Shown here piece by piece: positions 23,700 to 35,240 of a DNA stretch of 64,000 nt (positions are counted from its first letter, which is position 1; each line of letters opens with the position of its first letter). The notes under the pieces are model-generated. The model did not search any database and had not been told where the DNA came from. It saw nothing but the letters and a program-made list of their open reading frames with translations. Both the position numbers and the translations under genes were made by a program. The stretch comes from Mobula hypostoma. Its lineage: Eukaryota. Location: positions 26,042,001-26,106,000 of the forward strand of contig NC_086097.1 of assembly GCF_963921235.1 (NCBI RefSeq), written 5' to 3'.

Positions 23700-25560
23700 G
23701 ACCATGAGAATTAGGATGAGAATTAGGATCAGAATTAGGCCATTCAGCACATTGAGTCAGCTTCATTTCATCATGGTTGATCCATTATCCCGCCTTCTCC
23801 CCATAACCTTTCCTGTCCCTGACTAATCAAGAATCTATCAACTTCCACCTTAAATACACCCATGACCTGATCTCCACAGCCACCAATGGCAACAAACTCC
23901 ACAGATTTGCCACACACCGACTAAAGAAATTCCTCCTCATCTCTGTTCTAAAAGGACGTCCCTCTATTCTGAGGCTGTGTCCTCTGGTCTTAAGACTCCC
24001 CCACCATAGGAAACATTCTCCCCACATTCATTCTATCTAAGCCTTTCAATCTTTGATAGGTTTTAATGAGATCCTCCCTCATTCTTCTAAATTCCAGCAA
24101 GTACAGGCTCCGAGCCATCGAATGCTTTTCATACAATAACTCTTTCATTCTGGAATTATTCTTGTGAAGATCCTCTGAACCTTCACCAATATCAGCACAT
24201 CCTATCTTAGATAAAGGATCCAAAACTGCTCACAAAACTCCAAGTGAAGCCTCACCAGTTAGTTCTCTCAAAATGAATGCTTACATTGTATTTGCCTCCC
24301 TCACCACCTACTCAACCTTGCAAGCTAACCTGGAATCCTGCACGAGGACTCCCAAGTCCCTTTGCACTTAGGATGCTTGAATTTTCTCTCAGTTTAGAAA
24401 ATATTCTATGCTTTTGTTCCTTCTACCCAAATGCAAAACCATACAATTCCCAACATTGTATTCCATTTGCCACTTCCTTGCCCATTCTCCTAATCTATCT
24501 AAGTCCTACTGCAGCCTCTCTTCTTCCTCAACACCACCTGCCCCTCCACCTATCTTTGTATCATCTGCAAATGTCCACAAAGCTGTTAGTTTTGTCATCT
24601 AAATCATTAACATATGACATAAAAAGAAGCAGTCCCCACACCGATCACTGTGGAATACCATCAGGCACTGGCAGCCAACCAGAAAAGGCTCCCTTATTCC
24701 CACTCTTTGCCTCTTGCCAATCCTCTATCCATGGTGGTATCTTTCCAATAATACCATGGACTCTCAAGTGTGGCACTTTCTCAAAGGCCTTCTGAAAATC
24801 CAAGTACACAACATCGAATGGTTCTCCTTTGTCTGTCCTGCTTGTTATTTCCTCAAAGAATTCTAACAGATTTGTCAGTCAAGATTTCCCCTTTAGAAAA
24901 CCATGCTGACTTTAGCCTATTTTATCATGTGCCTCCAAGTACCCCAGAGCTTCACCCTTAACAATCAACTCCAATATCTTTCCAACCACTTAGGTTAGGT
25001 TAACTGGCCTATTATTTCCTTTCTTCTGCCTCTCTTCCTTCTTAAAGAGTGGAGTGGTATTTGCAATTTTCCAGTCCTCTGGAACCATCACAGAATCTGG
25101 TGATTCTTGAAATATCATTACTAATGCCTCCACACAATCCTCAGCTACCTCCTTCAGAACCTTGGGGTTCATCTGATCCAGGTGACCTACCTACCTTCAG
25201 ATCTTTCAACTTCCCAAGCACCTTCTCCCAATTGCACTCACTTCTGCCCCGAGAGTCTCGAACTTCTGGCAAACTGCTAGTTATTTCAACAGTGAAGAAG
25301 GATGTAAAATACTTATTTAGTTCCTCCATCATTTCCTCGTCTCCAATTACTCCTGCGTCATTTTCGAGTGGTCCCATATCCACTCTCACCTCTCTTTTAC
25401 TCTTTATATATCTTTTGAAAAAACTTTTGGTATGCTCTTGAATATTATTGGCTAGCTTACTTTCATATTTCATCTTTTCCTGCCTTAGGGCTTTTTAACT
25501 GCCTTCTGTTGGTTTTTAAAAGCTTCCCAATCCTGTAACTTCCCACTAATTTTTGCTATA
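23700..25560 (-). mobile_element. CR1 LINE, degenerate ORF2
   Basis: MKYESKLANNI, PKVLKEVA, PEDWKIAN, TRGHSLRIEGRPFRTEMRRNFFS. Confidence 0.9.
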
Positions 25561-25734
25561 ACTACCATAAAAATGCAGACCTGACATCACACACAGAAGT
25601 AAATAACATTCCAGGAGAAAAATGCATTTCAAACTTGATAATAGACGTATTCAAAGTTCAAAAATAAATGTACAATTCCAGTAAGAATAGCATGAATTTT
25701 GTTTGTGATTATTAAATTGAAATCACGTTAATTT

Positions 25735-26420
25735 TAGATTAGATTAGATTAGATTATGAGGACACTCAGTGTTCGTTTATTGTCATTTAGAAATGCATGC
25801 ATTAAAAAAATGATACAACGTTCCTTCAGAATGATATCACAAGAAAAACACAGGACAAACCAAGACTAAAACTTACAAAACCACATAATTATAACATATA
25901 GTTACAACAGTGCAAAGCAATACCATAATTTGATAAAGAGCAGACCATGGGCACGATAAAAAAAAGTTTCAAAGTTCTGATAGCCTCATCATCTCACGCA
26001 GGCAGCAGAACAGAGAAGCTCTCCCTGCCATGAACCTCCAAGCGCCGCAAACTTGCCGATGCAGCACCATTGGAAGCACCCGACCGCAGCGGACTCTAAG
26101 TCCATCCGAAAACTTCGAGCCTCTGACCAGCCCCTCCGACACAGGCTCTCTGAGCACCATCCTCTGCTGAGCGCTTTGACCCCACCCTGGCCGCCGAGCA
26201 ACAAGCAAAGCCGAGGACTCGGAGCCTTCCCCTCTGGAGATTCTAGATCACACAGTAGCAGCAGCAGCGAAGCAAGCATTTCAGAAGTCTCACCAGATGT
26301 TCCTCCATGCTCTCACGTCCATCTCCATCAAATCTAGATTGTGCACGGCACCTTACTTGACAAATAACAGACAACACCACTGGAGTGGCCGCTGCAAGCT
26401 GTGTTGCGCCGCCATCTTCT
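25735..26420 (-). mobile_element. Non-autonomous LINE-derived element (~690 bp) with a (TCTAA)n tail
   Basis: GC-rich 5' end starting AAGATGGCGGCG on the minus strand, (TTAGA)n at 25734-25755, no coding capacity; related tails at ~16460-16830, 28530-28785 and 32465-32960. Confidence 0.55.
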
Positions 26421-27529
26421 CCTCCCTCAGTATAAAGCAATGCTCTAAATCTCAATTTTTAAAAAGTATTAGAATTTTTGGGTGTAAAAACATTAAAATA
26501 CATCTCAATTCAAATTCATGATTATTAATAGAAAGATTTGAGAAAGTTAATTTAACTGCTAATATCAGAGATTCATGAATGTTTATTACTGCTATGATGT
26601 ACTGATTAATGAGAATTCATAGTGATACTTTTACAGCTTCACAGAGTTTAGGTTTTTAATCCAAAAGGAAGCAGTTTGTTGGCAGGATATGGCTCCACCT
26701 GTTTGCTTCATTACTTAAGTACAGGCTTAGGACACAGAATGAGACAAACCAGTTTATTTCTACCCATCCAGCTGCACAGTCATCAAATCTCTATTTTGTC
26801 TGGGCTTTCAAATGCATGTTGGAATGTGCAGTGTTATAACACATCCAGCTTGCCTATTCATAAGCATGTGAAAACACATCCATCTATAAAAGACACCGGC
26901 CATTTTACGAACCCCAATTGCCATGGTGACTACACAATGAAAATAGCCATTTCAATGCAGAAGTAAAAGGACCCAACAGTGGGCATTGAACATGGGATTT
27001 TCAACTGAGAAATGACTGATATTTAGATTATCAAAGCTGAATTTAAACTTTATAGTATTTTCTGAGTATGCTATCAGAGTTCCAACGATTTTATTAAAAT
27101 CCTTGCAGCCACAATCAGTAGCTAAAAATTCTAAAATTAGTTAAAATGTTTTGTTTGAATGTACAAAAATACATCTAATTAAATAAAATTGCATTTGATA
27201 GGAAAAGCATTTGAATTTTCCTTTTACAGGTTCATAAAATGATACAGCATGGAATTAGATCCTTCAACCCAACTCACCCATGCTGACGAAGATGTCTTTT
27301 AAACACTGTACTTGTATGTGCTTCTATAGCTTCCTCTGGTAACTTGTCCTATATACCAACTACACCATGTAAAAAATTTGCTCCTCAGATCCCTCATAAG
27401 TCTTTTCCCTTTCACCTTAAATCTATCCCTCTTGTTTAGAATTCCCTGCCTTGTGAAAATGACTGGGACTATCCACCTTATCTATACCCCTCATGATGAA
27501 ATACTTCATCATAATTTTAGGGTTCCACA

Positions 27530-28980
27530 GTGCCCTGAAATGGCTTACAGCAAATGAAATACATATAAAATTTAGTTCAGTTGTAATGTACAAAAGCCCA
27601 ACAGTCAATTTGTGCATAGCAAACTCCTACACTACAATAAATAAAACTGTTGTGTACTTGGATTTTCAGAAGGCCTTTGACAAGGTGCCTACACAAGACT
27701 GCTTAACAAGACTAGAGCACACAGTATTACAGGAAAGATACTAGCATGGAGAGAAGATTGGCGATTGGCAGGAAGCAAAGAGTTGGAATAAAGGGGACCT
27801 GTTTCGACTGGCTGTCGGTCAAGTGGTCGCAAGGTCAGTACCAGGGCCACTTCTTTTCACATTATACGTCAACAATTTAGATGGTTTTGTGGCCAAGTTT
27901 GCAGTAGATTCGAAAATAGGTGGAGGGGCAGGTAGTGTTGAGGAAGCTGGGAGTCCACAGAAGGACTTGGGCAAAGAGGTAGCAGATGGAATATAGTGTA
28001 GGGAAGTGTAAGGGCATGCCCTTGGTAGAAGGAATAAAAGTGTAGACTATTTTCTAAATGGGGAAACAATTCAAAAATCCAAGTTGCAAAAGGGACTTGG
28101 GAGCCCTTGTGCAGGATTCCTAAAGGTTAACTTTCAGGTTGAGTCAGTAGTAGGAAGACACATGCAATGTTAGCATTCATTTCAAGAAGATTAGAATGTA
28201 AGAACAAAAATATGAGGCTTTATAATGCATTGGTCAGACCATACTTGGGAGTATTGTGAGCTGTCATTGAGTATATTTAAAGCCGAGGATATAGGTTCTT
28301 GATCAGTCAGAGGCGTCAAAGGTTACATGAAGAAGGCTGGAGGATGAGGTTGAGAGGGATAATAAATCAGTCATGACAGAAAGGCGGAGCAGATTTGATT
28401 GGACAGGTGGCCTCATTTTCCTATGTCTTATATCAGCGTTGGAACTACAAAGAAATCTAACCTTCACAAAGTAGAACTAACTGTGATCAATTCTGCTCTC
28501 TTTAAGATAACATGGTACAAAGCAACTACAATTCAAAGTATATTTATTATCAAACTGTATATACTATATGCAACCTTGTGATTCGTCTCCTTACAGGCAA
28601 CTATAAGTCAAAGAAACCCAATAAAACCCACTGAAAAAAGGCCATCAAACATCCTATGTGCAAAAAAGAACAAATTGTGCAAACAATACGAAGTAAACAA
28701 ATAACATTCAGAACTAAAGCTCACGGAAATAGCAAATCACAGCCGATCAATGAGCCCATTAGTTGCAGGCCACAGCCTCAGTTCTTACGGTCTTATCTGC
28801 CTTTCATGGTGTTAGCAGAAGATAAATGTCCTCCAAAAATGAGATTCCAGAAGCCTCTTGCATAAATTCTTAGTATTTTTAATCATGCCATAGGATCTTT
28901 TATACACATATGAAAGAACAAATAGTATCATCTGAAATTCAGCACCTTGACAATGCACTACTTTGTCAATAGCACTTGAC
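27530..28980 (-). mobile_element. Ancient DeuSINE-like (SacSINE1/AmnSINE1-related) element split into 27530-27630 and ~28800-28980 by a CR1-containing insert (27645-28785)
   Basis: Resemblance, from memory, to the Deu-domain: GTTGTAATGTA...CAGTCAATTTGTGCATAGCAAACTCC and TGCCATAGGATCTTTTA...TCATCTGAAA...CAATGCACTACT. Confidence 0.5.
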
Positions 28981-29159
28981 AAACATACAAATTAGGAAAA
29001 GGAACAGACAGAGTCATACAGAACAACAGCATAGATACAGGCCACTCAGCCCATCTAATCTGTACTGAACTTTTATTCTCCTACTCCCATTGACCTGCAC
29101 CTGGACCATAGCTTTCCAAGCCCCTCCCATCCATGTACTCCTCCAAATATGGACGCACC

Positions 29160-29780
29160 ACTCAACCCGCTCTTTCAAACTCCTGGGAGTGCACTTCACA
29201 CACAACCTCTCAACATATCCTCCACAGTTAAGAAAGTTCACCAATAACTCTACATTCTGAGGAGGCTAAAGAGAGCTGGACTATGCACATCAGTACTCAG
29301 AAGATTCTACATCACTGCATGGTAAGGAAACTGCACTGCAACGGACAGGAAGGCTCTACAACGGGTAGTAAAAACTGCCCAATGCATCGCTGGCACTAGT
29401 TTACCTGCCATCAAGGACATATATACAGAAAGGTGCCTGAACAATGCCAGGAATATCATGAAGGATCCCACCCATTGCTCACGCCTATTAGTCAGGACTG
29501 CCAGATTCAAAAACAGTGACATTTCCACTCACTAACCCACCCCAACACCAGTACTTCATCATTTCCTGTCAGATTCACATTAGGTACAAAGGTGCATAGT
29601 GTCACTTTATGTACAATCAATGTATGTAAGCCACCCTACATATTTATATTTAATGTGATTTTTGCTATTGTGTTCTTTATCTAATCATGTTTTTTTTTGC
29701 TGTATCAGATCCGAAGTAACAATTATTTTGTTCTCCTCTACACTTGTGCACTGGAAATTACATTAAACAATTTTGAATCT
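29160..29780 (+). mobile_element. Rex/Babar 3' fragment nested in a minus-strand CR1 3' fragment (~28990-30205)
   Basis: ITAW.GNCTATDRKALQRVVKTAQ motif. Confidence 0.75.
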
Positions 29781-30314
29781 TCTCTTAAATGTTGAAATCG
29801 AATCCACATCCACCACTTCTGCTGGCAGATTGATTCACTTGGATCACATGTGCCAGTGAGCCTAATTTCTAGATTCTTCCATAAGAATCTAGAAATATCT
29901 TCTCCCATCTCTGTCAGAAACCCTCAGGTTCATTTCTGCTTCACCTCGCATTCATATAAATTCCAGAGGTCAGACCTATCCAAATGAGCCACATGGGAAA
30001 ACCCAGATATTCCACATCTGTCTGCAAAATCTCTGGATAACTTCTATGCATTAATGCCTTTAAATAACAAGACGTGGCTCTAAATTCAATCCCCTGACTA
30101 ACGAAGGCCAACACACCATACATCTTCTGAACCACCCTATCAAATTGCATAGCAAACTTGAGGGATCAATGGACGTGGACCCTAAGGTCTCTTTGTTCCT
30201 CCACAAGTGTTCGAAAAGTGATCTTCAAACACTTTTTCCTCAGATGGCCTAGGACACACAAGGAGTGACACTTCATCCATTACACAGACAAGTGACTTTG
30301 CTATCAAATTTTAC

Positions 30315-30533
30315 AGGTGTTCCAGACAGATCTGTTTGCAGAGTGTTTTATTGTTGAGTGGGGGTGTGTTTTGTAGAGACTGGTTAGATATGAAGTCAGC
30401 TGTTCAATGCCAGCAGCCCTGTGGCCACAGCAGAGCTTAGAAGACGGCTTGCTTGAAGTAGATGACCCAATACTCTGTGTACCTCTACAGAATGTGGAAA
30501 CAGGTGCACCCAGAACATGGCTCCCTTGAATTT
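30315..30533 (-). CDS. Candidate symmetric 219-nt exon (IQGSHVLGAPVSTFCRGTQSIGSSTSSKPSSKLCCGHRAAGIEQLTSYLTSLYKTHPHSTIKHSANRSVWNT)
   Basis: Strong acceptor CTGTTTTGCTATCTGCTTGTCTGCAG, 73-codon open frame, weak donor CCT|GTAAAA; non-repeat sequence. Confidence 0.35.
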
Positions 30534-30594
30534 CTGCAGACAAGCAGATAGCAAAACAGGTTACCAAATTGTCCCTCTGCAACAAGAGACACAA

Positions 30595-30720
30595 CAAGGT
30601 TATAGGGATAAGGCAGGAACTGGATACTGATAGTGGATGATCAGCCATGATCACAGTGAATGGCGGTGCTGGCTCGAAGGGCCGAATGGCCTACTCCTGC
30701 ACCTATTGTCTATTGTCTAT
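30595..30720 (+). mobile_element. Very short, young CR1 3' end with a (CTATTGT)n tail
   Basis: Near-identical to the 3' UTR at 1876-1947 (GGATGATCAGCCATGATC...GGCTCGAAGGGCCGAAT). Confidence 0.85.
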
Positions 30721-31738
30721 AATCACTCGCCAAGAAACTTATCATCTCCGTCACATTCCTGGACAGTGAAACTGCTACATTCACTCCCTTGTGAATTATA
30801 GCACTATGCATTTATAGAAATTACTTTTTTTCAATAAAGCTGTTTAATGTGTCAAGTCAAAAAAAAGGTTTTTTTTGTCTGAACACCATGTTGATGATGA
30901 ACATCACGATTATCCCCCAATTTACTTTTTCTAACCAGTGAGTACTCTTGAGAGGATCTGTATTAGTATGGGCTGAAAGGGAATATTTGAGGCTTGTGGG
31001 GATGCTTTAGTGGTCAGAATGCAACTAAATAGTATCTGTCCAAGTATTCCACACATTGTGACAATTCCAAAAGAATTGTTCCATTTGCTTTGGGACAGAA
31101 CTACACTAAGTTATTAATCTTCTGATCATGGGGAGGTATTAACAATAGCTCTCATTGCTTTCATTCCATCTTCCAGAAGCTTCCATTTAAAATGGAAAGC
31201 TTTGTGGAATTGGATCTGGTCAAACCCACTCTGAAAACAATTCTGGATGAATATCTCATTTAGAATGTTATTCTTCAAAAGTTACATTTTTTCACTCTGA
31301 ACAATAGATTGATTGATCTCCATCAGCTGCTTTTGTTAAGATTGGGTACAGGCTAGTCCATCGCAGGAAAAACCTCCCTAATTTTGAGCACATCTACAAG
31401 TGCTGCCACAGGAAAACAGCATCCATCATCAAAGACCCCCACTATCCAGGCCATGCTCACTTCTCACTGCTATTATCGGGAAGTAAGTACAGGAGTCTTA
31501 GGTGTCACAGCACCAGGTTCAAGAGCAGTTATTACTCTTAAAACATCAGGCTCCTGAACCAGAGTGGTTATATTATGCATGGCAAGTGATTATTCAAAGC
31601 TTTTAAGTATACGTGAACAAAAAAGAGAAAATTTTGCCTTCAGTCATACTTAAGGGCATCGTTGATACTGTATTTTATTAGGGTGGTCACTGATGGAATG
31701 TCCAATTACTAAAACATCACTTGCAATGCAGCTCATAC

Positions 31739-31888
31739 TTTGACCCAATTATAAGTGCTATGATTCTTTGTTGAGCTTGCATGCAATATGTCATTGCCAG
31801 CTGCAGATTTTTAGCTTCTAGCTGCACTTTAGCTATTTGACTAAAGGCCTTTGTAAGGTGAAGCAACCATGTAAACGAAATGATTCCA
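31739..31888 (-). CDS. Candidate 150-nt exon (GIISFTWLLHLTKAFSQIAKVQLEAKNLQLAMTYCMQAQQRIIALIIGS)
   Basis: Branch point plus acceptor CTAATTTAATGTTATTCTGCTTCAG; one open frame with helical-looking sequence; weak donor CAAA|GTATGA. Confidence 0.25.
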
Positions 31889-32224
31889 CTGAAGCAGAAT
31901 AACATTAAATTAGCCAGGAGCATGGATAAAGCTGGATTCGATCTTTTTACCTATTCATACCTTAAATGTGAGTATTTCATTGAAATGAATCAAGGCTATG
32001 ATTTTACACACAAAATGATTACACTGCAAAGATTTTTAAAGTGAGTGGAGTATAAAAGTAATAAAAATTTCCAGCATTCAAGTAACTTGAAACAAATAGT
32101 TTGGATAACTCTCCTGAATGAAATCTCACTTTACTCCAATGTCTGGTGTGAACATTAAACTTTAGATATGCCTGTACTGGCTTTTGGATTATGCTTTCAT
32201 ATCCTTAAAGCTATGAGGCATTAA

Positions 32225-32460
32225 ACAACGCAAACACAAGGAAATCTGCAGATGCTGAAAATTCAAGCAACACACATAAAAGTTGCTGGTAAACGCAGCA
32301 GGCCAGGCAGCATCTCTAGGAAGAGGTACAGTCGACGTTTCGGGCTGAGACCTTTCGTCAGGACTAACTGAAAGAAGAGCTAATAAGAGATTTGAAAGTG
32401 GGAGCGGGAGGGGGAGATCCAAAATGATAGGAGAAGACAGGAGGGGGAGGGATGGAGCTA
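32225..32460 (-). mobile_element. Penelope 3'-end fragment
   Basis: Reverse complement of ~10500-10730. Confidence 0.85.
32330..32365 (-). ncRNA. Minimal hammerhead ribozyme with an intact core
   Basis: Minus strand AGTC-CTGACGA-AAGGTCTCAGCCC-GAAA-CGTC-GACT. Confidence 0.7.
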
Positions 32461-33108
32461 ATAGGTTCAAAGTTCAAATTTCTTATCAAAGTATATATGC
32501 TATATAACAACCGTGTGATTCACCTTCTTGCAGGTTCCCAAGGAACACAATAGAACCCAAGAAAAATTACACACAACAAAGAGCAATAAACTCCAATGTG
32601 CAAAAGAGGACAGATCCTGCAAACGGTAAACAGTAAACAAATGATACATAGAACGTGAGCTGCAGAGTCTCGAAAGTGAACCTACAGGCTTGGTCAGTTC
32701 AGCGCTGAGGTGAGTGAAACTGGTCCAGGAGTCCAATGACCGCAGGGCAACAACTCTGCCTGAACATGGCCGCGTGGGAGCCAATCTTCCTGCTCAAAAG
32801 GTAGTAGCGAGAAAAGGTGAAATCGGGTCAAATGCAGACAGACAGGACAGACTCAGGTGGGGAATCTTGGCTGGCAGGGAGAAAAACAATGGTTCATTTT
32901 CTGCTCTGCTTTGATCTGGCTTCACGTTTTAATCAGTGTGGAGCAATGGACTGAGCACAGGTACATTTTCTGATGTCAGGCCTTGATGCAGCCTCTGTTC
33001 CCACAAATGCCATACTTGCATTTGTGAGTCAAGTTTGCCATATCCTTCAGATTGTTAAATTACTAGTTCAGTTAGCTGGCTCAAAGTACATTCCTTAAAT
33101 GGAAACTA

Positions 33109-33265
33109 CAGTAGTGCTAGAAAGTTGTGAACCCTTTAGAATTTTCTCTATTTCTGCATGAATATGACCCAAAATGTGATCAGATCTTCAAACTAGATAA
33201 AAAGAAACCAATTAAATAAATAACACAAAAAATTGTACTTGTCCATTTACTTATTGAGAAAAATG
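33109..33265. mobile_element. Tc1/mariner terminal fragment (one end only)
   Basis: TA followed by CAGTAGTGCTAGAAAGTTGTGAACCC, a Tc1-type TIR start. Confidence 0.6.
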
Positions 33266-33991
33266 TGAAATATCTGAAAAGGTTCTGCTGCTTAAATGCA
33301 GCTATATAAATTCAAGATGTAGTACATGCCCCAATGAATAAATATTGAGCAATAAAGCAAATACCAAGGGACCTGAAATGGAGTTTGCCCTTACTGGACG
33401 TCACTTTCCAAATAGGAAGCATTCAACATTTCAATGAGATTAATGGAGTTAATCTGTAGCATCATTAAGAACATTTGGAGAATGTTATTTTAGTTCTAAA
33501 ATTTTCAGGAACAATTCTAGAAATTTATAAGACACAAGTAACACTTATTTAGTGAACAATGTTGATGAACTAGTTCTAAACATTCAAAAATGATGAATGT
33601 GTACAATGAGGTGATAGCAGCTAAACAATTTACGAACAGTGGTGTACCTACGAACTTAATGGTCTTTTATATTTTTCTCCACTTCCCTCATAAAACTGCC
33701 TTGACATCATAAACCAGATCATGAAATGTCTAACTCCCATCACTAGGTGGCTGCAATATCTCTCGTAAAAATTCACAAACAGAATGACTTGCATTTATAT
33801 GGAGGTTTTCATGACTCAAACCTATCCCATAAAACTTCACGTGAAATATACTTGTGAAAATGTAAGAAATGTACCAGTTAATTGTACACATCCAGCTTCC
33901 ACATACAGCAATGCTATTATGATCAGATCATTAATATCACTTCCTTCAATATAGTGCTTTTTAACATAGTGCTGACTATGTTATCAGAGCA

Positions 33992-34740
33992 CAAACAAAA
34001 AGAGAAAATCTACAGATGCTGGAAATCCAAGCAACACACTCAAAATGCTAGAGGAACTCTGCAGGCCAGGCAGCATCCATGGAGAAAAAGTACAGTTGAT
34101 GTTTCACGCTGAGACCCTTCAGCAGGACTGGAGGAAAAAAAGATGAGGAGTAGATTTAAAAGGTGGGGGAGGGGAGAGAAACACAAGGTGATAAGTGAAA
34201 CTGGGGAGAGGGAAGGATGAAGTAAAGAGCTGGGAAGTTGATAGATGAAAGAGATACAGGGCTGGAGAAGGGGAATCTGAAAGGAGAGAACAGAAGGCCA
34301 TGGAAGAAAGAAGAGGGGGAAGGAGCACCAGCGGGAGGTGATGGGCAAGCAAGGATATAAGGTGAGAGAGGGAAAAGGGGATGGGGAATGAAGGAAGGAG
34401 GGGGCATTAGTGAGAGGTCGAGAAATTGATGTTAATGCCATCAGGTTGGAGGCTACCCAAACGGAATATAAGGTGATGTCCTCCAACCTGAGTGTGGCCT
34501 CCTCTACTTAGATTGGAAGAGCAACACCTTATATTCCATCCAGGTAGCCTCCAACCTGATGGCCCCCTCCCCAGTTTCATCTATCATATTTCTCTCTCCC
34601 CCTCCCCACCATTTAAATCTACTCACCTTTTTCTCCTCCAGTCCTGCCAAAGGGTCTCAGCGTGAACCATCAACTGTACTTTTTTCCCCCCATAGATGCT
34701 ACCTGGCCTGCTGAGTTCCTCCAGCATTTTGAGTGTGTTG
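33992..34740. mobile_element. Penelope insertion made of two inverted 3' ends (- 33992-~34500, + ~34505-34740)
   Basis: 16-bp TSD CTA(T/A)GTTATCAGAGCA at 33976-33991 and 34741-34756; empty site at ~9547-9562. Confidence 0.85.
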
Positions 34741-35240
34741 CTAAGTTATCAGAGCAGCAGTTTCACAGAATGGACCTGACCAAGTTCTTTAATTAGTTCA
34801 AAATAACCCATCCTTCTTTTGCCTTGGAAATATTGGCATTGCTTATAGTTTTCCAAGAACAAGCAGCAATTGTGGATTTCTTTCTTGGCCAGAGCAGTCC
34901 AATCTTCCAACTTCACTAAAAGATGCTTTTATGTCAGAAAATAGAAAGGTGGAATGCTCTGGTCAATCTCAAACAAGAATCTACATCCTGATGTACTGCA
35001 ATGATACCACCAATTGTTCCCTATTACTGGTCCATCATCCTGACACAGGAATCTGCAACCATCAATGCTGTAATCATCCTTAATCCTATGCTGCTGGGCA
35101 GCACAGTAGCATAGAAGTTAGCACAACACTTTACAGTGCCGGTAATAAGATCAGGGTTCAATTCCCATCATAGTCTGTAAGGAGTTTGTACATTCCCCCT
35201 ATGACCACATGGATTTCACCCAGGTGCTCCAGTTTCTTAT

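Noticed and set aside
33740..33754. CTCF-like motifs TCACTAGGTGGCTGC, and TGGTAGATGGCACTG at ~2466
   Set aside because: Imperfect short matches expected by chance in 64 kb; unsupported without ChIP data
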